Origin: an uncultured Desulfobacterales bacterium
GTDB lineage: Bacteria > Desulfobacterota > Dissulfuribacteria > Dissulfuribacterales > S140-46
Direction of reading: 5' to 3'
Assembly (NCBI GenBank): GCA_964620365.1
Contig: CAZUIH010000001.1
Location: forward strand, 20,279 to 84,278
DNA: 64,000 nucleotides
The position numbers and the translations under genes are program-made. The notes under the pieces were generated by a model. It was given only the letters and a program-made list of their open reading frames with translations. It was not told where the DNA came from and made no database searches. Every line of letters starts with the position of its first letter. Position 1 is the first letter of the stretch. Below, piece by piece: positions 40,236 through 48,373 of the stretch.

Positions 40236-41312
40236 ATGGAGGTAAAAGGGGTGAAATCTCAAGGACGACGCATCAAAACCCTTGTAGTAGATGATACCGC
40301 TTTCATGAGGAAGGCCCTGGTAGATATCCTTTCAATGGATGAGGAAGTCGAAGTTGTGGGTGTGGCGAGGCATGGAAAGGAAGCTCTTCAGGCCATTGAA
40401 ATACTAAAGCCTGACGTAGTAACCTTGGATGTGGACATGCCTGTAATGGATGGACTGACTGCTATAAAACATATTATGATCCGCAGCCCTCGACCAGTCA
40501 TAATGGTAAGCGGACTGGCAGGCCAGGGAACCGTAACCCTGGAGGCCTTAAGACTCGGTGCAATAGACTTTTTTCCCAAACCATCTGGAACCATTTCCCT
40601 TGATATTCACGAACAGGCCGATGAACTGAATAACATTGTTAAGCAGGCCGCCCAGATTAATCCTTGGGCCTTACAAAGGGCTAGACTGCCCTTGGCCAAC
40701 AAGCAGCCCAGGCATACCTCAGACAATCCTATGGGAATCTTGATGATAGGGGCTCACAGGGGTACATGCACAAGCCTTATACGACTACTAGGGAACATCA
40801 ATCCCCAGTTACCATTAACAATAATCGCCGTCCAGGACATCTCCTGCCAGGTCCTAGACTCGTATGCCCAGGAACTTAACAAGGTGATTCCATGGCATGT
40901 CTCCGTCAACAGGCACAAAAGCAAACTGTATCCAGGCCACTGTATTTTAGCTAGCTATGGGCAACCATGGTCCATCAGGAAAAACTCATCAGGCCACCTA
41001 GAGCTAATCGCGGAGAAACAAGGTTCTCTTGATGATCTATTCGCCCAAACGGCTTTAATATTGGGAAATCGCTCACTGGGTGTCATCCTCGGCGGGACCT
41101 CCCGGGAAGGAATCAAAGGTCTCAAGACATTAAGGGAAAAGGGGGGGACATCACTTGTCCTTGCTCCTCAGGCGTGCATTTACAAGGATGCAGCAGAGAC
41201 GGCCCTTAGGGAACAGGCAGCTAAAGCTGTTGCCTCGGAAAAGGAACTCTGGTCTAGAATTGAGGCCTTTGGCCGACAGCTTGTACTGAAGGCCGCGTGC
41301 AATCAAGCATAA
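40236..41312 (+). CDS. Response-regulator receiver fused to a CheB-methylesterase-like domain with a degenerate catalytic triad
   Basis: REC looks intact (VVDDTAF, TLDVDMPVMDG, FFPKP). At the CheB triad positions (Ser164/His190/Asp286 of enteric CheB) I read IGAHRGT, AVQDIS and GGTSREG by eye, so Ser, His and Asp are all replaced. Confidence 0.85.
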   Translation: MEVKGVKSQGRRIKTLVVDDTAFMRKALVDILSMDEEVEVVGVARHGKEALQAIEILKPDVVTLDVDMPVMDGLTAIKHIMIRSPRPVIMVSGLAGQGTVTLEALRLGAIDFFPKPSGTISLDIHEQADELNNIVKQAAQINPWALQRARLPLANKQPRHTSDNPMGILMIGAHRGTCTSLIRLLGNINPQLPLTIIAVQDISCQVLDSYAQELNKVIPWHVSVNRHKSKLYPGHCILASYGQPWSIRKNSSGHLELIAEKQGSLDDLFAQTALILGNRSLGVILGGTSREGIKGLKTLREKGGTSLVLAPQACIYKDAAETALREQAAKAVASEKELWSRIEAFGRQLVLKAACNQA

Positions 41313-41482
41313 CCAGGCCTCTAAAGAGGCTGTCTTTTCTAAAACAAACAGGAGACAAAAAACGATTCTCAGTGGAGTTACACAAACATACTTCACAGAC
41401 GGACAAAGCAACTAAGGCAGAAGACATAGTATTTCAGGAGTGCATTATTTCTAATCACAACATAGATCTTGGGAGAAGATTA

Positions 41483-42580
41483 ATGGGGAACGGCGTCCAA
41501 CCTTCGCTGAAACAAGAGCAACAAGAAACAGTGAAAGTTTTTATCATCGACGATTCTCAGTTGATGTGTAAGGTATTGGAAAAAGTCTTGGCAGAAGATC
41601 CGGGAATAGAAATTGCCGGCCATGCATTGAATGGGCAGGAGGCCTTGCGAAACCTCAGGTCTATGCGGTGTGATGTGTGCACTTTGGATGTTCATATGCC
41701 AGGCATGAATGGTCTAAGCGTGCTAAAACACATAATGATTCAGTGTCCATTGCCTACACTTATGGTTAGCGCCTTTACCGCAGACGGTTCCAGGGTGACA
41801 TTCGAGGCACTTAGATATGGCGCAGTCGATTTTTTCCAGAAGCCTGCAAGGGACAAAGGAGAAGACATTCAATCCCAGGCGGAAATGTTACGGGCCAAGG
41901 TAAAAAGGGCGGCCAGGGTGCAGGTTGGTGCGGCCAGATACCTTCGCCTGCGTCCTGTCGCGTCATCCACCACAAAAACAGCGAACAGAACCGAATCTGC
42001 CACCATTTCAAATATTACAATAATAACTGCGTCCACAGGAGGCTATTCCAGTCTCTTGTCTCTTCTCCCGATGATGCAATATCCGCCAAAGGCACCTGTT
42101 ATTGTATCCCTTGGAACAGCGACTCAATTCATGGATCCATTCATAGACTATCTTAGCTCTTTTGTGTCCTTTCCTGTCATACGGGCAAAAAACGGTATGC
42201 AATTGAAAAATGGAACGGTTTTTTTTATAAGCGGTAATGAGTCGGCAACTCTTGAAAAAAACGGAGATAAAATCGAGCTTATCATATCTCCTCGCCCAGA
42301 CATGTTTGATCTTGAAGGAGGGGTTGACCTGCTCATGTTTTCAGCCAGTGAACTTTTTGGAGAGGACACGGTTGGCATATTTCTTTCTGGAGACAGGCCA
42401 GAAGGACTGTCTGGTGCCAGGGAAATTGTGCGAAACAAGGGCAAAATAATTGTACAAAGGCCTGAAACATGTTTGTCCCCTGACCAACCACTCCGCATCT
42501 TTACAGAGGTTGGAGCAGAATCGCTGGGCCTGTCCGAACTAGCCCAGAACCTTTCTTCTAGTGAAAGGTCACAATCTTGA
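41483..42580 (+). CDS. Response-regulator receiver fused to a CheB-like domain (Ser motif kept, His and Asp positions not conserved)
   Basis: REC looks intact (IIDDSQL, TLDVHMPGMNG, FFQKP). The CheB-like domain has TASTGG but VSLGTATQF where QHMP is expected, and SGDRPEG where GMGxDG is expected. I chose the ATG at 41483, preceded by GGGAGAAG. The ORF track extends to a GTG at 41297. Confidence 0.8.
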   Translation: MGNGVQPSLKQEQQETVKVFIIDDSQLMCKVLEKVLAEDPGIEIAGHALNGQEALRNLRSMRCDVCTLDVHMPGMNGLSVLKHIMIQCPLPTLMVSAFTADGSRVTFEALRYGAVDFFQKPARDKGEDIQSQAEMLRAKVKRAARVQVGAARYLRLRPVASSTTKTANRTESATISNITIITASTGGYSSLLSLLPMMQYPPKAPVIVSLGTATQFMDPFIDYLSSFVSFPVIRAKNGMQLKNGTVFFISGNESATLEKNGDKIELIISPRPDMFDLEGGVDLLMFSASELFGEDTVGIFLSGDRPEGLSGAREIVRNKGKIIVQRPETCLSPDQPLRIFTEVGAESLGLSELAQNLSSSERSQS

Positions 42581-42611
42581 CTGAAGATAAAACAGCTTAC
42601 CAGTCTCTCAA

Positions 42612-44036
42612 ATGAACTCTATAGACCATCCACAACATCCATTTTCCAGTGAAACGCCACCTAAGGACTTTAACGGTTTCATGGAAGAAATAGCCCTCGG
42701 AGACCTGGTCCAGCTGGCCTGTCTTGAAGGCAGTGATCGTGTACTCAAGGTTTCAGGGGAAACCGTAGAAGGAGAAATATACTTTTCCAACGGTGAAATT
42801 GTTCATGCGGTATCCTCTCGAAACGAAGGTGAAAAAGCCTTTTTTGAAATTATGAGGATGAGCAGAGGCACCTTTTTCTTTTCCAAAGGGCGACCTCCCA
42901 AAACAACTATAAGCGTACCCTGGAATTTCCTTCTTATTGAGGCCTCACGTCAAATAGATGAAGGCGACGAAAAGAATGAAAAAGGACTTGAAAAAAAACC
43001 TACTGTTCTGATCGTGGATGATTCTAGGGTGGCGTGCAAGTCTCTGCGGGAGTGCATAAAGGAAAAATTCAACATAGAAAACATACTGGAGGCCTCCAAC
43101 GGACGACAAGCAATTGATGCCATGGAGAAAGAAAAACCAGGCCTTGTCACCCTTGACATGAACATGCCGATAATGGCAGGCGACGTAACCCTTAAGCACA
43201 TAATGATACGCTCGCCAGCACCGGTGGTGCTAATAAGCGGCATTGACCCCCAAAATTTCCCCAGGATCATGGACTTTTTGCGTCTTGGCGCTGTGGATTT
43301 TATCCCCAAGCCTCTTGGAGACATGGAGTGGGATAACGGTGCTGAACGACTGGGTAGACATATTGAAAAAGCAAGTAGTCTGATGGTCCAAAATATACGC
43401 AGGGCCAAGCTGGCCAAACCGGTTGATTCTAAAATTACTCCATCAGGCCATGCCAAAAGAATTGCCATCTTTGTAGGAGGAGCTGGAGGGCTTCTTGAAC
43501 TCCAAAAAATTGTACCGGCCCTTTCACCTGATGAACATCTGTGTATTGTCATATTTCAGGACATGGCGGATGAAATAGTATCTCCTGTATCTCAATATCT
43601 AGATAAATTCTTTTCAGGTAATGTGTCTCCTCTTAGAGACGAAGCAGAACTTTTATCCGGACTCTGCCTGATTTCCAACTGGGGAAAGAACTGGGACATA
43701 AGAGGGGATAAACCTGGCAGACTTTCGCTATACCCTGCCGAAGACCATGGACTTGATCTTGAACAGTTTCTGGGTTCCGTTGCCAAAAACTTTGGTCCCA
43801 GCAGCGCGCTTTTTGTCCTTAGTGGCGCAGATCTGGAGCTGGAGAAGGGAGTAGAGAAAATGTCAGCCATGGGAGGTCGAATACTTCTTCAAGATCCTGA
43901 AACGTGTCTGGACCCAAATCCTGTTTTGAGATTACAGAGAATCGAAATGGAAGATGGGACCTTTGAGCCTGAAAAAATTATCGAGTCATTCAATGCCTGG
44001 CTCGAAGCTACCGATACGATATTAGCAGATTCATGA
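42612..44036 (+). CDS. PATAN/DUF4388 domain + receiver + degenerate CheB-like domain protein
   Basis: N-terminal LGDLVQLACLEGSDRVLKVSGETVEGEIYFSNGEIVHAV...GEKAFFEIMRMSRGTFFF fits the DUF4388/PATAN pattern. REC looks intact (IVDDSRV, TLDMNMPIMAG, FIPKP). The CheB-like C-terminus has VGGAGG (no Ser) and IFQDM (His to Asp). Confidence 0.8.
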   Translation: MNSIDHPQHPFSSETPPKDFNGFMEEIALGDLVQLACLEGSDRVLKVSGETVEGEIYFSNGEIVHAVSSRNEGEKAFFEIMRMSRGTFFFSKGRPPKTTISVPWNFLLIEASRQIDEGDEKNEKGLEKKPTVLIVDDSRVACKSLRECIKEKFNIENILEASNGRQAIDAMEKEKPGLVTLDMNMPIMAGDVTLKHIMIRSPAPVVLISGIDPQNFPRIMDFLRLGAVDFIPKPLGDMEWDNGAERLGRHIEKASSLMVQNIRRAKLAKPVDSKITPSGHAKRIAIFVGGAGGLLELQKIVPALSPDEHLCIVIFQDMADEIVSPVSQYLDKFFSGNVSPLRDEAELLSGLCLISNWGKNWDIRGDKPGRLSLYPAEDHGLDLEQFLGSVAKNFGPSSALFVLSGADLELEKGVEKMSAMGGRILLQDPETCLDPNPVLRLQRIEMEDGTFEPEKIIESFNAWLEATDTILADS

Positions 44037-44079
44037 GCAATAGATTCAGTTTTGTCGAAACAAACAATCGGAGAATGTT

Positions 44080-44424
44080 GTGGCAAGAGTTCTTATAGTC
44101 GATGATTCCAGCTTTATGAGAAAGCGCATTGCCCAGGCCCTTATAGAGAATGGCCATGAGGTCATTGGACAGGCAAAAGACGGGCTAGAGGGATTCACGG
44201 TTTATAAAGAAACCAAACCAGATGTTGTTGTAATGGACATCACTATGCGGGGCACAGACGGTATCTCAGGGGCGCAGCTTATTCGGGATTACGATCCCGA
44301 TGCAAGGATCATATTCATGAGTCTGATTGCAGATCCTGATGTAATTGCCAAAGCCAAGGCCCTTGGGGCAGAAGGTTTCCTAGGCAAAAAGGACTATGAT
44401 AGACTTTTGGCACTATTAAAATGA
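44080..44424 (+). CDS. cheY: Chemotaxis response regulator CheY
   Basis: VLIVDDSSFMR, VVMDITMRGTDG and a conserved K (LGKKD). 114 aa with a GTG start and a GGAGA RBS. Confidence 0.9.
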   Translation: MARVLIVDDSSFMRKRIAQALIENGHEVIGQAKDGLEGFTVYKETKPDVVVMDITMRGTDGISGAQLIRDYDPDARIIFMSLIADPDVIAKAKALGAEGFLGKKDYDRLLALLK

Positions 44425-44525
44425 TTGTTGCCGGAAATGGATACTTTGGCCAAGACGGTAAGCCCCTCCGGGCATGAAAATCACAATATTTTTACTGAAG
44501 TCGTATCGCGGTAAATTTTACATGG

Positions 44526-47252
44526 GTGGGTTGTATCATGAGTCAGATAGATAAAGAGATGTGGCAGGATTTTGTGGTCGAAGCCAACGAGAACCTTGAG
44601 GAGCTCGAACCCAATCTTTTGTTATTGGAAAATGATCCCAAGAACATTTCACTTCTCAACGATTGTTTCAGGAATATGCACTCCATTAAGGGCGCTGCAG
44701 GCTACATGGGGCTTGAAGCTATATCGAGTCTGGCACATAGCGTTGAAAACCTCTTTGACAAGGTAAGACAGGGAGAGCTCTCGCTTTCTCCAGAAGACAT
44801 CAACCTGATTTTTGCAGCTATCGACAGGATAAGAGCCCTAATAAAAGAGGTATCTGAATCGAATCAGGAAAAATCCCAGGTAGAGGATCTTCTTAAAAAA
44901 ATTGATGATCTCATCTCCACAAGATCAGGCAACTTATCGGAGGGGGCGAATACTTCCGTTCAACCATCCAGGATTCAGGCTCAGTCAGACACCGATGGGG
45001 GGGAAACCGGTATTCAGAATCAGGACGAAGATCTAGAACTCATGGAGATTTTTGCTGAAGAAATAAAGAGTTTGTATCAACAGCTCCAACAGTTGACCCA
45101 CGCCCATCCAATTGCCAAGGACGCCCTGCTCACCGTGCTGAATAACATTGAAAGGGTAACAAACTATATAGGGTTGGATGAACTTCTTGAAGAGATTGTT
45201 TCCATAAAAGGACGTATCGATAAAGAAGAGGACAATACCCTTGACGCCGATAAGGTTCGGGAACTCATCAAAGAAACAGGAAAAGTGCTGGAACGCCATA
45301 TACCTTCATTCAGCATGATGGAAGAAAATCAGGACCGTGGCGAATTAGGCCTTGAAGAAGATGAAGAGCTTTACAAAATTTTCCTGGACTTCGTAAAAGA
45401 AAATTCCGGCCCTCTGGCCAACACCCCCACCACCCCTGATGAAACATGGCTTAAGGAATGTCAGGAATCAGTTGAAAAGCTAAAGACATCTGCCCATTAC
45501 ATGGATTATCCAGACATCGTGGCCCTTTTTGAGGAATGGGGAGAAAGGCTGGCAGAATCTCTGTCAAAATATCACGAAGAAAAAAAATTCGATCCAGGGC
45601 CCTTCAAGGAGCTTTGGACAAGACTTGTGGAACGTCTACCTGAACTTGGCTCAATTGAGCCTACGCCCCTTAAAGAAGACCTGATAGAAGAAGAATTCGA
45701 AGCCATAGGAGAAGAACCAATAGTTGAAAATCTTGAATCCGCTATAGACCAACTGTTTGACAACCAGGACCTGTTCGGCGAAGGAACCGATCCAGATAAC
45801 CTTCCCTTCCCAACCGAAATCGACACTGCTTTGGAACAGGCAGAATCTGTTCAGTCAACACAGCATGAAAACACGGCCGCTGCCCCATCAGCCTCAGAGC
45901 AGATAGCTGATTCAGAACCTCAAGAACAGTTAGAAAAACCCTCCGCCCCCCCATCACAAACAGTCCGCATAGATCTCGACCGGGTCGAGCACCTGTTAAG
46001 AGACGTTGGAGAACTTGTCGTACTGCGCTCTGGCCTCACCCAGGCGGCGGAAGAGATGAAGGCCACCTATAAGGAATGGATGGAAAAGAGGCTTCTGGAT
46101 ACCAAGCATCTCAAGAGATTCAAGGATGCCATGATCCGTTTGAACGAACAGGCAGCAGCCCTTGGGAGAGTTGTACACAACTTACAGGATGGCGTCATGA
46201 GAATGAGGATGCTGCCTGTTAGAAACCTCTTCAATCGTTATCCCAGGATGATCCGTGATCTTTGTCAGAAACTCGACAAAAAAGTCAATTTAAATGTCAT
46301 CGGTGCGGAAACTGCCCTTGATAAACGGGTCATTGAAGAAATGGCGGATCCTATGCTCCATATTATCAGAAATGCCATTGATCATGGTATAGAACCCCCT
46401 GATACCAGAGAAAAACTAGGCAAACCGGCAACCGGCACGCTTACTCTTTCAGCAAGCCAAGAGGGCAACTACGTTGTAATCAAGGTAAAGGATGATGGAA
46501 AAGGGCTGGACAGGGAAGGCATCATCAGACGTGCGGTAAGTCTCGGGCTCATTGGAAGGGAAGAGGCCCAGACACTTCCCGATGAAAAAGTATGGGAATT
46601 GATATTCCTGCCAGGCATAACCACTGCGGAAAGTGTCTCCGAGACCTCCGGTCGAGGAGTGGGCATGGATGTGGTCAAAAGGAACGTTGAAAAGCTGGGG
46701 GGCGTAATGAAAATCCGCTCGGTTCCCGGCAGAGAGACCGAAATAACAGTCCGAATCCCGCTGACCCTGGCTATCATCCCGACTCTTCTTACCCGTGTTG
46801 GACATCAGGTGATGGCTATTCCAATTTCCGCTGTCCAGGAGACATTCAGGATACGGTCTGATGAAATCAGTACTGTAGAAGGTTTTGAGATTATATCCCT
46901 GAGACAGGATACTCTTCCACTAATAAGATTAAGCCGTATTTTCCGGGGAACAGGTGCTGATGAGAACCCGGAAAAACTTTTTGTAGTGAGGATCAAACAG
47001 GGTGAAGTGGAAGCCGGCCTTGCTGTTGATGGATTTATTGGGCAGCAGGAGGTGGTTATCAAGCCTCTTGCTGAATATCTTACGGATCAACCTGGATTTT
47101 CCGGCGCTACTATCCTGGGAGACGGTTCTATCGCCCTAATTTTGGATATCCCTGTGATGCTGGACAAAGCAAAAAAATTCACAGTGAAGAGACAACAGCT
47201 ATTGGAAAAATCAGCCCTTGAGTTTGAAGAAATAAGCAACACGATCCATTGA
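44526..47252 (+). CDS. cheA: Chemotaxis histidine kinase CheA with an extended multi-Hpt-like N-terminal region
   Basis: Hpt (FRNMHSIKGAAGYMGL), a long acidic linker with two further Hpt-like helical segments, a dimerisation domain, HATPase_c (HIIRNAIDHGIE, DDGKGLD, SGRGVGMDVV) and a C-terminal CheW-like P5. An alternative ATG start lies at 44538. Confidence 0.95.
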   Translation: MGCIMSQIDKEMWQDFVVEANENLEELEPNLLLLENDPKNISLLNDCFRNMHSIKGAAGYMGLEAISSLAHSVENLFDKVRQGELSLSPEDINLIFAAIDRIRALIKEVSESNQEKSQVEDLLKKIDDLISTRSGNLSEGANTSVQPSRIQAQSDTDGGETGIQNQDEDLELMEIFAEEIKSLYQQLQQLTHAHPIAKDALLTVLNNIERVTNYIGLDELLEEIVSIKGRIDKEEDNTLDADKVRELIKETGKVLERHIPSFSMMEENQDRGELGLEEDEELYKIFLDFVKENSGPLANTPTTPDETWLKECQESVEKLKTSAHYMDYPDIVALFEEWGERLAESLSKYHEEKKFDPGPFKELWTRLVERLPELGSIEPTPLKEDLIEEEFEAIGEEPIVENLESAIDQLFDNQDLFGEGTDPDNLPFPTEIDTALEQAESVQSTQHENTAAAPSASEQIADSEPQEQLEKPSAPPSQTVRIDLDRVEHLLRDVGELVVLRSGLTQAAEEMKATYKEWMEKRLLDTKHLKRFKDAMIRLNEQAAALGRVVHNLQDGVMRMRMLPVRNLFNRYPRMIRDLCQKLDKKVNLNVIGAETALDKRVIEEMADPMLHIIRNAIDHGIEPPDTREKLGKPATGTLTLSASQEGNYVVIKVKDDGKGLDREGIIRRAVSLGLIGREEAQTLPDEKVWELIFLPGITTAESVSETSGRGVGMDVVKRNVEKLGGVMKIRSVPGRETEITVRIPLTLAIIPTLLTRVGHQVMAIPISAVQETFRIRSDEISTVEGFEIISLRQDTLPLIRLSRIFRGTGADENPEKLFVVRIKQGEVEAGLAVDGFIGQQEVVIKPLAEYLTDQPGFSGATILGDGSIALILDIPVMLDKAKKFTVKRQQLLEKSALEFEEISNTIH

Positions 47253-48350
47253 TTACCTTGGAACCACATCTTCGGATGGACAAAAATTTTGGCCACCTGC
47301 AATGACGTCCCGCCGGGACGGGGTACTTAAAAAATCTGCATATAGCTGCCCACATGCAGCCGAAATATCCTCTCCCTTACTCTTACGAATTATAGCGGTG
47401 TAATTAGCATCAGTCAGTATCTTCTGAAAGGCCAATATCCTGGCCTCGGATGGTCTCCTGAACTTAAGGGCAGAGCTTTGATTAAAAGGAATAAGATTTA
47501 TCTTTGCAGGAATTCCCCTGAGTATTTTTGCCAGACGAGCCGCTTGTTCCATTGAATCATTTATATCCTTTAGAAGAAGGTATTCGAAGGTTATCCTTCT
47601 TCTTGGCGAAAGAGGATAGTTCCTGCACGCATCAAGCAACTTGTCCACTCCATACTTTCTGTTGATTGGCATTATGGCACTTCTGGTCCCATCATCAGCT
47701 GCATGGAGTGAGATGGCAAGACCAACATCTGTATCTTGGCCTAATCTCAGGATCTCAGGGACCAGTCCACAGGTGGACAGGGTTATCCTTCTTAGGGAAA
47801 AATTTAACCCTTTTGGATCAGTCAAAATAGCAAGAGCCTTTAAGACATTGGAATAATTGGCCAGCGGCTCTCCCATTCCCATGAACACGATATTTCTCAG
47901 TTTGTCCCGATCAATCGCCAGCTCCAACACTGAAAGGACCTGCCCGGCTATTTCTGAAGGCAGAAGGTCCCTGTGGAAACCCATCTTGGCAGTATGACAG
48001 AATCGACATCCCATCTTGCATCCCACCTGACTCGAGATGCAAATTGTATAGTGTCTTCTTTCAGGAATAAGCACGCTTTCTATAACCAGACCGTCGTGCA
48101 GCTGGAACCCGAATTTTTCCGTACCGTCCTTGGAACGTTGTCTGACAACCAATCGTAACGAATATAGTCTGCCAAGTTCAGAAATTCGCTTCCTCAAATC
48201 CTTGGGCAAATCTGTCATGCAGGAAAAATCTCTAAGCCCGGGCCTCCAAAGCCACTTGAAAATCTGCCGCCCCCTGTAAGCCGGAAGCCCCAAGGAACCT
48301 GCCCAATGCTCGAGTTCTTCTGAACTCATGCTTCTGTAATCAAAATCCAT
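47253..48350 (-). CDS. rlmN: 23S rRNA/tRNA adenine-C2 methyltransferase RlmN (radical SAM)
   Basis: Radical-SAM cluster motif SSQVGCKMGCRFCHT, MGMGEPLAN and C-terminal ACGQL. Confidence 0.95.
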   Translation of the reverse strand: MDFDYRSMSSEELEHWAGSLGLPAYRGRQIFKWLWRPGLRDFSCMTDLPKDLRKRISELGRLYSLRLVVRQRSKDGTEKFGFQLHDGLVIESVLIPERRHYTICISSQVGCKMGCRFCHTAKMGFHRDLLPSEIAGQVLSVLELAIDRDKLRNIVFMGMGEPLANYSNVLKALAILTDPKGLNFSLRRITLSTCGLVPEILRLGQDTDVGLAISLHAADDGTRSAIMPINRKYGVDKLLDACRNYPLSPRRRITFEYLLLKDINDSMEQAARLAKILRGIPAKINLIPFNQSSALKFRRPSEARILAFQKILTDANYTAIIRKSKGEDISAACGQLYADFLSTPSRRDVIAGGQNFCPSEDVVPR

Positions 48351-48373
48351 TTCAGATCAGTATCCTGTCTACC

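Noticed and set aside
42950-43552. 200-aa minus-strand ORF, along with other long antisense ORFs: 29277-29792, 59932-60552, 53900-54448, 62394-62879, 62463-62906, 15207-15656, 35686-36126.
   Set aside because: Each lies wholly antisense to a gene with clear family motifs (CheB-like, cinA, fadD-like, HDOD, CaCA, dnaJ, ATPase). Their composition is Ser/Arg/Pro/Leu-rich and they have no RBS. These are typical shadow ORFs.
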